The position numbers were made by a program, and so were the translations under genes. A stretch of DNA of 64,000 nucleotides from positions 682,001 to 746,000 of the forward strand of contig OY253669.1 of assembly GCA_958009085.1 (NCBI GenBank). The letters are read 5' to 3'. The notes under the pieces are model-generated. The model saw only the letters and a list, made by a program, of their open reading frames with translations. It did no database searches and had not been told where the DNA came from. This DNA is from Protoeuglena noctilucae (taxonomy: Eukaryota). This document shows, in pieces, positions 1-10,787 of this stretch; the first letter of the stretch is position 1; every line of letters starts with the position of its first letter.

Positions 1-1766
1 GCTTGCGTCCCCGGCAGCGACGGAGCTCGAGCAATCGGTCCTCGACTGGCTAGCGCAACTCATCGGACTCCCCGACGCCTTCCTCAGCCGGTCTGGCAAG
101 GGCGGGGGCGTCATCCAGGGCACGGCATCAGAGGCGGCACTGGTGGCACTTCTGGCGGCCCGGGCACGCATCACGGGGGCGCCTCCCGCCAGTCCGGGCG
201 CCCAGGCCGACGCAGGTGCGTGGCGACATGCGCGTGTGTGGCGAGTGAAATGTCCTTGTGGTTAGTTAGTGTTCTGTACGCAGTGGCCGGCCAGAAGCTC
301 AGTGCTAAATTCTCTGCTGCAGGGTCTCCCGGTGACGAGTGGCGTCTCGTGGCCTACGCCAGCGACCAGGCCCACTCGTGCGTGCGCAAGGCGTGCATGG
401 TCGCCGGGGTGCGCCACTTCCGTGCCGTGCACACGAGGGCAGAGGACCACCACTGCATGAGGTGAGGCCCCGGCTAAGGGCGGCGCATGTGCATGGTGAT
501 GGAAGGCACGCAGGTGACACGATCGCATGGTGGCAAGCCACAGCAGCAGCGCTCTGCACCCACCGTTGCCTGCCTTGTATCCATGGGACCCATAGGTCTT
601 GTGCCACGTGCTCCCTGCAGGGCAGATGACCTCGCGGCGGCCGTGAAGGAGGACCTGGAGCGGGGCCTGATCCCTGCGTTTGTTTGTGCATCACTGGGTA
701 CCACGAGCAGCGCTGCCGTGGACGACATTGCGGGGCTGGCACGCGTGGCGCAGGTGAGGCTGGGAGAGACTCGGCATCGCGATTGCAACACTCTGGTGCC
801 CGTTGGCTGACCATCTGACATCCCACCCCGGTCTATGACCTCCCCAGGAGCATGGGATGTGGCTGCATGTGGACGCTGCCTATGCCGGGGCTGCCATGGT
901 GCTGCCGGAGATGCGGCACCATATGAAGGGGGTGGAGCTCGCCGACAGCTTCGATTTCAACCCGCACAAATGGCTGCTGACCAACTTCGACTGCTCGGCG
1001 CTCTTCGTGCGGGACGCGCAGCCGCTGGTCCGGGCCCTGACCCTCACCCCGGCCTTCCTGCAGAACGGGTGAAGCAGAAGATGCACACGTGGGGCCCATG
1101 GATTGCACATGGTCGTGGTGCAGTTGCCCGTGCATTGCACCACCGCTGTGAGCACCGTGCGGTGCTCTGGGCATGCATGGGCGCACTGCGGGTGTCCCCA
1201 ACTGCAACAACAGCGTCTCTGTCAATCTCCGCCCCAGTGCCACCGAGTCGGGTCTTGTGGTCGACTACAAGGACTGGCAGGTGCCTCTGGGCCGGCGCTT
1301 CCGGGCACTCAAGCTCTGGGCCGTCCTCCGGACGTACGGGGCGCGAGGCCTGCGCGACTTCATCCGAAGCCACGTGTCGCTGGCTCGCGAGTTCGAGTCA
1401 TGGGTGCAGGCCGATGCCCGATTCGAGGTCGCCGCCCCTGTCCACTTCTCCCTCGTGTGCTTCAGGTGAGGGCGGCAAAGGCAGAGGCGGTCACGCAAGG
1501 GCAGGGGCAAGAGCGCTTCTGCACGTGCACATGTCATGGCAGCAGCATCTGTGCCCATCTGTGCCCATCCCAGGCTGGTGGGGGCTGGTGACGACGCGAA
1601 CAGTCAGCTCCTGGACCGCATCAACGCCACGGGGAAGATGTACCTGACGCACACGGTACTGAACGGCAAGTACACGCTGCGCATGGCGATTGGCGGCAGC
1701 GCGACGCGGCGGGAGGACGTCGTGGCTGCTTGGGACTGCATCCGCAGCCAGGTCCCCAGCTCCTGA
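1..1766 (+). CDS. Aromatic L-amino acid (tyrosine/DOPA) decarboxylase, PLP-dependent group II; 5' end lies outside the window; 6 exons visible
   Basis: Spliced translation gives ASPAATELE..., [55 protein letters not shown] (PLP lysine), [19 protein letters not shown]. Five GT-AG introns join the frames. Stop TGA at 1764-1766. Confidence 0.93.
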
Positions 1767-2087
1767 CGGTATCTATGACCGTGAACTGGGAGCATCTCAG
1801 TGATAGTGTTGTCTCGTCTCACTGTCCGGACGACCTTTCGCGACTATTTTGGATCCGCCCGAGCCGTGGGCGTCGTTTTTCAGCGCAACACAGCGTGAGG
1901 CTGACTGTTCCGAGCGTGTGGGGCGTCCCCTAACCCAGCACACATGCCGCACGGTGGCGAGACCGCCCCGGCGCATTCCTCTCGAGCATTCGCACAGCAT
2001 TCTGCTTTTCAACAAAACTCCAGCTCGCCCAGACCGCGTGCCAAGTCAATAGCGACTGCGATTGCCTACACGCCAGCATCCGCTCCC

Positions 2088-5000
2088 TCACGCCTCCTCC
2101 TCCTCCTTTGCGTCCGTCTCTGGCTTGGGCGGGTCCGGGATGAGGTCCGTGAGCGTCTCGCCTAAGCCGAGCGCCTCCTCGAGCACGTCCCCGGGGATGG
2201 TCGAGGGCGAGTCGACGTCCACGGGAGGGAAGGGCGTGTCGTGCGTATCGGACACTGTGCCGTCGACGTGGTGGAAGCCCACCTTGGCCAGCAGTGGGCC
2301 GGGGTCGTACGGCGGCAGGTTGCCCTCCTCGTCCGGCTCCGGCTCCTCGGGGTTCTTCTCCGGGGCCACGTACGTGCCTGCAAGTCACGGACAGTGGGGC
2401 ACGCTCAGTGGCGGTGCATGCGAGTGCGCAGGGTGGCTGCTGGGTCAACAGGGTGCCACGGCGTGTATCCATCGCAGAGCATCGGATGCGGATTGTCCAA
2501 AAACGGAAAGGACCGGTCATGGAAGCGCCTGTGGCAGGGCGCTGGCGCAACCACCGCGAAAGGCCGTCGCAGCTGCCGCGCACCGACGAAGGTGAGGGTG
2601 GGCCCGTGGTCCTTGAGGATATGTTCGGCCGCGAAGAAGGGCAGGCCCCGCACGCGGTCCTGGTGGGACAGCGTGAAGACGGCCTCGCCGCTGGGCACGC
2701 CCTTGGCGTACGCGCCCCGGCTGACGTGCCGGGGCACCTCGTGGACGCCCTCGCCGCTCAGGAACCCCTCGTTCCAGGTGCCGTTGAGGCACGACTCGTG
2801 GCCGGGGTACCAGTAGACGCCCTGCCCGTGGCGCAGGCCGTTTTTCCACGTGCCACGGTACAGCGCCCCGTCGGGGTAGAAGTAGTCCCCGCGGCCCTCG
2901 TACTTGTCCTTCATGAACTGGCCGCAGTACCGGGACCCGTCCGGCAGGACCAGGAGGCCCCGGCCCTGTCGGGAACCCTCCACAAAGTAGCCGGCGTACG
3001 CAGCGCCGTTCTGCGGGGCAGGGCGAGGATGGACATGGCAAAGCGCAGTCATGCACGTGACACACTGTGTCGCGGCCGATTACTAGTGCTTGACAGACGT
3101 CCGTGTGCACCAAGGCGTGGGCCTTGCCTGGAAGAAGTAGACCCCGAGTCCCTGCCGCTTGTCGTCCTGGTATCCCCCCAGGTACAGGTCGCCGTTGGGG
3201 AGCACGATGCGCGTCTCCGAGTCCGCGCGCAGCCCCTCGGCGTCCCTCACGCCCTCGAACTGCGCCACGTCGCGGAGGTCCCGCTCCAGGTCGTCGACGG
3301 ACGCGCCCTTGCCGAAGAAGGCCATGGCGCGGCAGCGGAAGTGCCAGTCCTGCTCCACCATCTTCTTCGCCGGGGCATCCTCCTCCTCCTCCTCCTGCGC
3401 GCGGACACGGCCCAGCATTCTGTCCCCGTCCACCGCAGCATGCGACGTGTGACACGCGCCCAGCGCACGTCATGACCCTCCGTTGTTGCATGCGAGCCGA
3501 GCCGTGACTACCCCCGCACCTCGTCAGGGTTCTTGTCCTGCATGTCCATGGCCTTCTTCTCCTCAATGCCCTTCTGCAGCATCTCGAGCGTGCTGCCCTG
3601 GTCACGCAGGTAGTCCATCAGGGGCATCGGGGGGCGTCCAGAGTCGCCCTCCGTCGAACGCCAACGCCAGTACAGCGAGTCTGCAAAGGGGAACGCTTGG
3701 GCGGCTTAGACGCCCGCACCCGTGTCGCCCCTCGCAGCCGCCCGCATCCGCGCCCCGCTCTGCCCCTCACCGGTGAACTCCCGGGACACCTTGCCGAGGA
3801 TGACCATGTTCTTGTCCCCGTGCTGCCCCTCGGGGCTGACCAGCCGCGTCACCATGAGGTCCCGGTGGTTGCGACGGTCCTTCTTGTCCGTCACATCCAC
3901 TATGCGCAGGAACATGCGCTCCACCGGCTTAAACCCCTCCTCCCCGAACGACGTCAGGCCGAACACGATCGAACGCGCCGCGGGGCTGATCTTCTTCAAG
4001 TCGATCAGCAGCGACGCCTTCACCGGGAAGCCCGTCGGGTCGCGCCCCTCCCCGAACTCTGGGTCCTGGGGGCGGGCAAGAGGCGGACCAGAGCGTCGCG
4101 CGGATGCCATTCAGTCGGGTGAAAGCCAGGCCGGGTCAGCGCAGGGTCCCAGTCAGCGCAGGCCATACACAAGCAAGCTGCTTGCCCTGTGCCTCCCCGC
4201 GCTGCGCTGTGCTGCCCCATGCTCCACTGCCTCGCCTTGATCTTCTTGTCGTCGTCGGTGATGGCACGGATGCCGTCCGTGTCGCCGCCCGCGTCAATGA
4301 CCGCGAGCTGCTCCCCCTTGCTGTTGTACACGGCGCACACGACCTCACACTCGGGCTCCGGGGGCGCCTCCACCTCCTCCTCCTCTTCCTCCTCAGCCGC
4401 CTCCTCGCCCTCCTCGCTCTCCTCTCCCTCCGGCTTCTCCTTCTTGGGCTTCTCAGGAGGGAACCACGGGTACCCTGACCACCCCAGGTCCACCCGCACC
4501 AGCCGCACCGCATGCGGCCAAGGGGCCTCGGGCTCCCCGTCCTCTTCCTCGGCCTCCTCCTCCTCCTCCTCCTCCTCGTCGGCTTTCTTGTGGGGCTTGG
4601 GCACGGCCGGCAGCTCGATCTCCTCCCTGGGCTTGCCGTGGAAGGCCGCCAGCACCGCGTCCACCACCAGGCTCTCCACCTTGGGCAGCGGCTGCACCGC
4701 TGTGTCCCGGTCGACCACGACCGCGGAGGCGTCCACCTCGGGGAGCTCCCGCAGCAGCGCCTGCAGGTCCGGCACAGCGGGGCCGAAGGACGCGTGCGGC
4801 AGGCACGCCAGGTCGAACTTGGCCACCCAGCCGTTCGACACGCGGCACATGGCGCACACGGCGATCGAGGAGGGGTCGAAGTCGTTGCCGTCCACGAAGG
4901 GCTTCAGGTCCGCGCCACGCAGCACGTGCTCCAGCGCCCCGCCCTTCTCCTCCGCACTGCGGGCAAAGGATGAGCACGACGGGTCATGCCATGACGAGGG

Positions 5001-5472
5001 TGGGGCAGGCTGCAGGACGGAGAGTAAGCAGTGAGCGATTGATAGGCACAATCACAAATCCCGGGCCGCACCGCGCGGGGTCGAAGGAGGCTACGGAGAA
5101 GTGCAGCTTGTCGAGGCGCAGGAACCCCGGGGCGTCCTCCGAGGAGCGCGGGGTGGCGCTGGCAACGAAGAAGATGGCCTTGACGATGGCGGGCACCATG
5201 GATGGGTAGACGGCGATCTGCTCGTTGTCCTCTGCCGGGTGGCACTTGGCGCCGCGCTCGTCGCCCAGGTGGCGCACGCACATGCCGCAGGCCGAGAGGC
5301 AGCGGTGGTAGACGACGTCGACGACGTCGCCGGACTCGGACATCAGCACGGCCGCGAGGTCGTAGTCGGAGGGGCCGGCGGACGCGGGGGACGTCCAGCC
5401 CAGGCCAAAGGTGATGCGCTCGCTGTGGATCGGCAGGTTGAGGACCTGCCCGCGCTCGATGGCGTCGATCAT
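2088..5472 (-). CDS. RSP1: Flagellar radial spoke head protein RSP1-like (two TerD-like domains, acidic linkers, C-terminal MORN repeats)
   Basis: TerD-like ITFGLGW...DYDLAAVL...HLGD...DNEQI and RVDLGW segments. MORN repeats PNGDLYLGGYQDDKRQGLGVY, PDGSRYCGQFMKDKYEGRGDYFYPDGALYRGTWKNGLRHGQGVY. C-terminal FAAEHILKDHGPTLT resembles Chlamydomonas RSP1 as recalled. Two GC-AG introns. Start codon is uncertain because an upstream exon near 5580-5685 is possible. Confidence 0.8.
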
Positions 5473-6578
5473 GGCGATGCTGCGAAGCGAGGAGAGGAGA
5501 GGCGTTGCGTATCGTGAACGCAGGGGGCGGTTACGACGCGAGGGGCGCGCGGACGCGTGGGGCGTGCGGTGCCTCACCTGCAACGACCCCTGGCGACCGG
5601 CGGTGCCGCGGGAAGCGAGCGCTAGTGCGCTCGAAACGCTCCTGCAGTAGACGAGAAGTTGCCCGCGCTCAGTCGCTCCAGACATGGACGGAAGCGAAGG
5701 GGAAGTCGCGTGGAAGGCGGCACACGGACAAGGTGACCCCGAGTGAGCGCGGGACGTGGACAAAACGATGACGCACAGCACACAGGAAACGATTCGGTTC
5801 CGAAGATGCTGGGATGCAAGCGACACGGGTGACCGGGCCCAGACAGGAGCTCGGGGCGGGGCGGGATGCGCCGGCATGGGATGCAGATGTGCCGCCACGG
5901 GGACGCCCTTTGCCATCCGCACAAGGAAAGATTGGAAAGCTATGAAATACACAAAGCAATGAGGAGCTCTTTGGCACCTAACACTGCGTGCTGCTTCGCG
6001 GACCTGCACGATGTCTGCACATGGCACGCTCTGCTGTGCGGCTGTGGAGCGTGTGGCCGCAAGCGCCTGCAGCAACATACACATCTTTTAAGGTGCAATT
6101 GCACGGAGACATGCACGAGCGCCTCACCTCGGTGTATGCTCAGGAGATGCCACAACTAGACCAAGCCCAGCAAGAGACGTGCACGCACGCCGCCCCCACG
6201 ACACGAGCAGCTGCTGGCTGCGCAGGACAGTGGGTGATTTGTCCAAAGCTCCGGGGGCTCCAATCCCCGCTCGCCGCTGCGTCAGAACAATACTGTTGCA
6301 GCACATGCTCGTCGCGCCCCTCCTGAACACAATGCTCGATGGCAGGCATGACAAAGATACTCGACGTCGCTGCCGACCCCTGCATGCTCGAGCTACCGCG
6401 TCCATCGAGTGTGCATCACCTCTCAGGCCCGCGCTGGATGGCGTGGCGCCTGGAGCGGCCGACACCATCCCGCTGAGCATCTCAGCGGCAGATGGCAGTC
6501 GGTTTCACACTCTGCGCATCCAGCTGTCGCGCCCTGAGGTCCACGCGGATCACAGCCCGTGCGTTTTTCTGGGCGCCA

Positions 6579-9500
6579 ATGGCGTCCACTAGCTCGCGAA
6601 ACAAGGCGCTTGCCGCGACGCTCAAGGCCTTGGGCGACCAGAATGAGTACCGATCTTTCAAAGGGCTCGCAAGCGACTACAAGGTGGGCACGGGGCACTG
6701 CGTGTGTTCGGTGGCGCTGCGACTCCCTCACCCAGGCCCCCTCACCCAGGGCCCGTCGCCCTTCTCTCAGGCTAACAAGCCGGGCATCGCCGCTGACGAT
6801 GTGGCCGCGGCCTTCGAACGCACCTTCGGATCGGGGGACGCTGCACGGGCGGCTTTTGCTGAGATGTGCGCGCTCCTGCCCGACGTCCGGAAGCGTGGCG
6901 ACCTGCTCACCGCCATGGCACAGCGGACGGGGAGCAATGGGGAGCATCCAGCAGTGACGGGGGGATCGACGGACGCATGGGACGCTCGCGTGGCAGCAGC
7001 GGACACAGGCGAGTCGACGCACTGCGAGACTGCCCTGCAGGCGTCTCTGCTGCCCCGGCCCTGACTTACAATGTTTCCTTCTAGGTTGGAACAACCGCAG
7101 GAGAGGCTACGACGGGTGTCACTGCCACAGTGGCGTCGCAACGGCTCAGGTCAGATGCTTCGACAGCAAAGGCGAGCCCCTCGCACCAGGCAGACGAGGT
7201 GCCTGCATGTCGTGGGCCGGCATCGGTGCGGCTGCCCAGGGGCGTGGTCGGTTTCCGAAGACAGAACAAGGTCGTCATGGAGCCGGGGAGCGCAGTGTTC
7301 GAGGGGGAGCGTCCTCCCGGAGGCTGGGGCAAGGCCGTCGTGGTGTGGCTCAGGTGACGACATCGCTTGGCCAAGGCCTGTGCCACTGGCATGGATGGGG
7401 CGCTGAGTCCATGCCCCATGATTGGCATGCTTGCGATTTGTATAGCAGGGTGCTAGTCTGACCGGCTCGTTGTCACGCCAGCTCTATGTTCTGCACCGCC
7501 GCCGCTGCCCCGCTCCCCAGGCAAGACCTCCGCCTCCACGACAACCCCACCATCATCAACGCCGCGCGGGCAGCAGACGAGGCGCGTGCTCACGTGGTCT
7601 TCTGCTTCGTGGACTCCCCGAGCGAAGAGGGCGACGGCATGGACGGGGGCGTGTCCTGGAGACCTGGGGCGTGCTCCCGGCTGTGGACGCGGGAGGCACT
7701 GCGGGCACTCGACACTCTGCTGGTCAGCAAGTACGGTGAGGGCCGAGTACTGCTCAGAGCCAGGGGGGCTGAGGAGTCTTCCATGTTGTCTTCCACCCTG
7801 ACACGAGTGGTCATGATGGCAATCATGCACAACTGACCCATGTGCCGTAACCGAAACGTGTCTGGCCCTGTCACTGACGCAGGACCCGGGGCAGGCATCG
7901 TGTACCTGAAGGGCCCCTACACCCCCGCCCTGCTGTCGCTTTGCCGTTCGGTGGGCGCCGGCCGGGTCTTCTTCTCCCGACGCTACGAGCCAGCCATGGC
8001 AGGCGCGGACCAGAGGGTCGAGGCGGCGCTGAGGGGTGCGGGGATTCACGTGCGTTCTTTCAACACCCTCTTGCTCCGCGAGCCGTGGGATGTCCGGGTG
8101 GACATGTCCACATATGTGGGGCACTTCGGGACGCTCACGCCCTTCGCACGGGCATGCGGGGCGCTCGGGCACTGGGGACGGCCCGTGCACCCGCCGCCCG
8201 CCATGCCGCTGCTCGCCAGCAAGCCCGCGGAGGGATGCGGTGAGCGGGATGGGGTGTGCGCTTGTCGTGGAGCATGCGTGGGCGCTGCCTGTCTGGCAAC
8301 ACAGATAGATGCAACATGTCACCTCTGCAGCCCTGGACGATCTGGGACTCGTGAAGCTGCCCGTGGACAAGGAGGGCTATCAGATTGACTGGGTGTCCCA
8401 GGTGTGTGCTATGCATCGTGTCCCTCTGCTGACAGCACGTTGCTTCAGACATGCTGCTTAAGATACTCGCACAGCTCACGCATGCAGCTGCACACCCACG
8501 CAGCTCTGTATTGAGCCCGTGCGTTCCCTGCGTGCAGATCCTGTCGAGTTGGCGCTTCGACGAGCAGTACGCGCTCGACTCCCTGGACCGCTTCATCGCC
8601 CAGTGCCTGCGGTCGTACGAAAAGGACAGGGGCTACGCGGACGGTCGGTGCGTCACGCGCCTCAGCCCCTACCTCCACTTCGGGCAACTCAGCCCGAGGG
8701 TCATGGTGAGTGCAGGGGTCAGCTTGCTATTTTCTGCGTGCGTTGCTGCATACTTCATCCACAACGCTCATCCGGAGCGTTACCGGAGCCCTCGCCGCTG
8801 TGCCTGACCCAGATGAGCAAGCTCGCGGCTGCGGGGTGCAAAGACGTCAGCAAGACGTTCTGGCGTCGGTTGGTGTGGAGGGACCTGGCGTACTGGCAGC
8901 TGTGGCACTGGCCCTGCATGTGCAGCGAGCCCATCCGCCCCGCGTACCAGCGGCAGCAGTGGAATGCCGACTCGCGGCGACTGCTGGAGGCGTGGCAGGA
9001 GGGGCGGACGGGGTTTCCGTTGGTCGATGCCGGCATGCGGTGAGTGGTGGACGCTGGAGTGGGGTGACTGCTGCAGTGGGGAGAGCGAGGCAGCAGCAGC
9101 GATGGCGGGGGTGCATGCGATGGGGGCTGCTTGTGGTCGCGATCTGTTAGACCTATGTTAGACCTGCCTCGCAGGGAGCTGTGGGCGACGGGGTGGATGC
9201 AGCAGAGCGTGCGCATGTCGTGTGCGTGCCTGCTGACGGAGGTGATGAACGTGGACTGGAGGGAGGGTGCCCGGTGGTTCCACGACACTCTGTGCGACGC
9301 AGACCTGGCCATCAACTCCATGGTGAGTGATTGACAGACAACCCGTTTCGCAGACCCAATTGTGCAATGGATGGTGAGTGAGTAGCATGCATGATGAGCG
9401 ACAGACACCCGTCTATGGTCCCTACAACCCTTGCAGATGTGGCAGAATGCCGGCAAGAGTGGACTGGATCAGTGGAACTTCACAGTGTCTCCCGTGTCAA

Positions 9501-10581
9501 GATCCCAGGACCCCACGGGCGCCTACATTCGCAGGCGAGTCAGCGACCATGCACCCTTGCTACGTCTTCAATGCAAGAGGGAGATGAAGTCACCCCACTT
9601 CAGCAAACATGGCTAGACGGCTTCTCCCACACTTGGCCTGACCCATCAACCCCTCGCCTGCCATAAGATGGGTGCCGGAGCTTGCCAAGCTCCCCACCAA
9701 GCACATCCACGAGCCATGGAAGGCGCCCGCCGACGAGCTGGCCAGAGCCGGGGTGGTGCTGGGGGTCACGTGAGTGTTGCCCACTCGTCTGACTGTTCGA
9801 TGTTGACCGTTCACTGTCACTTTCTCCGCTCCCCTGATGTGGCCCACTGTCACTCGCTCTGCTCCCATCGTGCATGCAACCACGCCTCGCTTTGCTCCCC
9901 GTGTGCCCCAGGTACCCCGAGCGCGTCGTGAAAGAAGACCTGCGTGTGCTGCGGGAGGAGAACGCGAGGGCCATCCGCGCCGCGAGGGCCGCGGAGGCCG
10001 AGGCAATCGACGGGGGTGGGTACGACACTGTGGTGGCGCCCCCGGGGTCAACCGTGGGGCACGACGGGAGGCGCGTGAGGGTGTTCACGACGCCTCCCTT
10101 GCGGGGAGGCCCGGGGGAGATTCTGAAGAAGCAGAACTGGACGGTCGGGGAGGCGGTGGCGAGGATGGACACGCACGACCGGGAGATGACCAAGAAGATT
10201 GCACGCAGGGCCATGCGGCTGCAGGGGGCGGCGGGGGCGGGTGGAGGGTCGAGGGATGGGAAGAGGTGCGTGGAGTGTGGCAGGGGGGGGGGTTCCCATG
10301 GGTTGCATGGAAGGTCTCGCTGTTGCTTAGACACGGCTGGCATGCGGTGGTTGGGTGACCCTGCACCCAGCATGGCTGGCATGTTATCGTCGAATGACCA
10401 ACTACCGAGGGTTTCTCGTGCGGCATAGCAGGCGGCTCGCTGCCCCCACCCCCGCAGGGACAAGCGGCAGCGGGCGGGGGCCCTTGCGCCTCTTGACAAG
10501 CAAGACACGATGCAGAAGACGCTGCTCGAGTACATGAGGAGAGGAGAGGCGGACACGCGCATAGACGACTACATGCTGTGA
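6579..10581 (+). CDS. Cryptochrome/photolyase family flavoprotein (plant-like photolyase/CryP type) with an N-terminal helical extension
   Basis: VVVWLR|QDLRLHDNP, TRLSPYLHFGQLSPR, WQEGRTGFPLVDAGMR|ELWATGWMQQSVRM, DWREGARWFHDTLCDADLAINSM|MWQNAGKSGLDQWNF, DPTGAYIRR|WVPEL. About 13 introns. Last exon RDKRQ...IDDYML* ends at 10581. Exon joining around 7000-7240 is ambiguous. Confidence 0.88.
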
Positions 10582-10787
10582 CGCAGGGCCTCAGTTGCAT
10601 GCGCTGTGTCAAGTCCCGCATAGGCATACGCATACCCATACGCATCCATGTGGCACATCTCGACAGCAGCGTTTCTTCGCTCTGATTAGCACCCGTCGAA
10701 TGCATGACAAACACTCTGGTCTGTTTCAAATCGTCTCCCCACCCCCGCCGCCCCATGGCAGCCCCATGGCAACCCCACCCCCGTCGC

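Noticed and set aside
10266..10428. Apparent CVEC...H...CC zinc knuckle at the photolyase C-terminus (ORF 9874-10428)
   Set aside because: It starts at an AG|GTGCGT donor, and a better in-phase last exon begins near 10459, so it is intronic.
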